A stretch of 57,872 bases of DNA, taken from positions 1-57,872 of the forward strand of contig JBEKKX010000015.1 in assembly GCA_050010515.1 (NCBI GenBank), given 5' to 3'. The position numbers were made by a program, and so were the translations under genes. Under the pieces are notes generated by a model that had not been told where the DNA came from, did no database searches, and saw nothing but the letters and a program-made list of their open reading frames with translations. This document shows positions 57,738 through 57,872 of the stretch, one piece after another (position 1 is the stretch's first letter; the number at the start of each line of letters is the position of its first letter). Origin of the DNA: Candidatus Bathyarchaeia archaeon (lineage in GTDB: Archaea; Thermoproteota; Bathyarchaeia; Bathyarchaeales; Bathycorpusculaceae).

Positions 57738-57872
57738 CTAATTCATTCCTCTTACTATAAATTATTGTTAGCAGTTTTAAGCGTTTGCACATTTGCATAC
57801 TTGGATGTACTCGCTAAAACTCTAAGATGGTCGTAGTAAAATGAGTTATCCCACGAAAGTTAACACGGAGAA

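Larger units (their letters stand above)
56810..57865. mobile_element. Non-autonomous transposon remnant with repeated ~20-bp end motifs, carrying a NYN gene
   Basis: TGTTAACTTTCGTGGGATAA (56879-56898) is perfectly inverted at 57846-57865; degenerate direct copies at 56810 and 56838. Confidence 0.7.

Overview
Archaeal chromosome segment, probably Bathyarchaeia/TACK (inferred from Alba, RPA, archaeal r-proteins and BHB tRNA introns). Housekeeping content: branched-chain amino-acid genes (ilvA-like, cimA/leuA, ilvD, leuB), hypFCDE, and the rpl22-secY block of the S10/spc operon. About nine intact, orphan or decayed toxin-antitoxin modules are scattered through it. The main accessory feature is an AT-rich 9,693-bp element (21740-31448) integrated into elongator tRNA-Met(CAT) through a 16-bp core in the anticodon arm. 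The displaced host 3' half (31433-31533) carries two non-canonical BHB introns (45/46 and 59/60), and the element supplies its own intron-free 3' half. On the excised circle the attP core lies in frame inside a Zn-ribbon ORF that is ATGA-coupled to the tyrosine integrase, and it is flanked by three identical 12-bp arm-like repeats. The element also encodes a HerA/FtsK-like ATPase, a TopoVI-A/Toprim protein, HNH, RHH and orphan proteins, and has three ~220-nt inverted-repeat-closed intergenic structures, but no recognisable replicase or capsid. Other notable items: four small membrane-protein cassettes each preceded by the same ~31-bp promoter-like repeat (202-2295), and a TGT...ACA multi-repeat-ended transposon remnant carrying a NYN nuclease (56810-57865).
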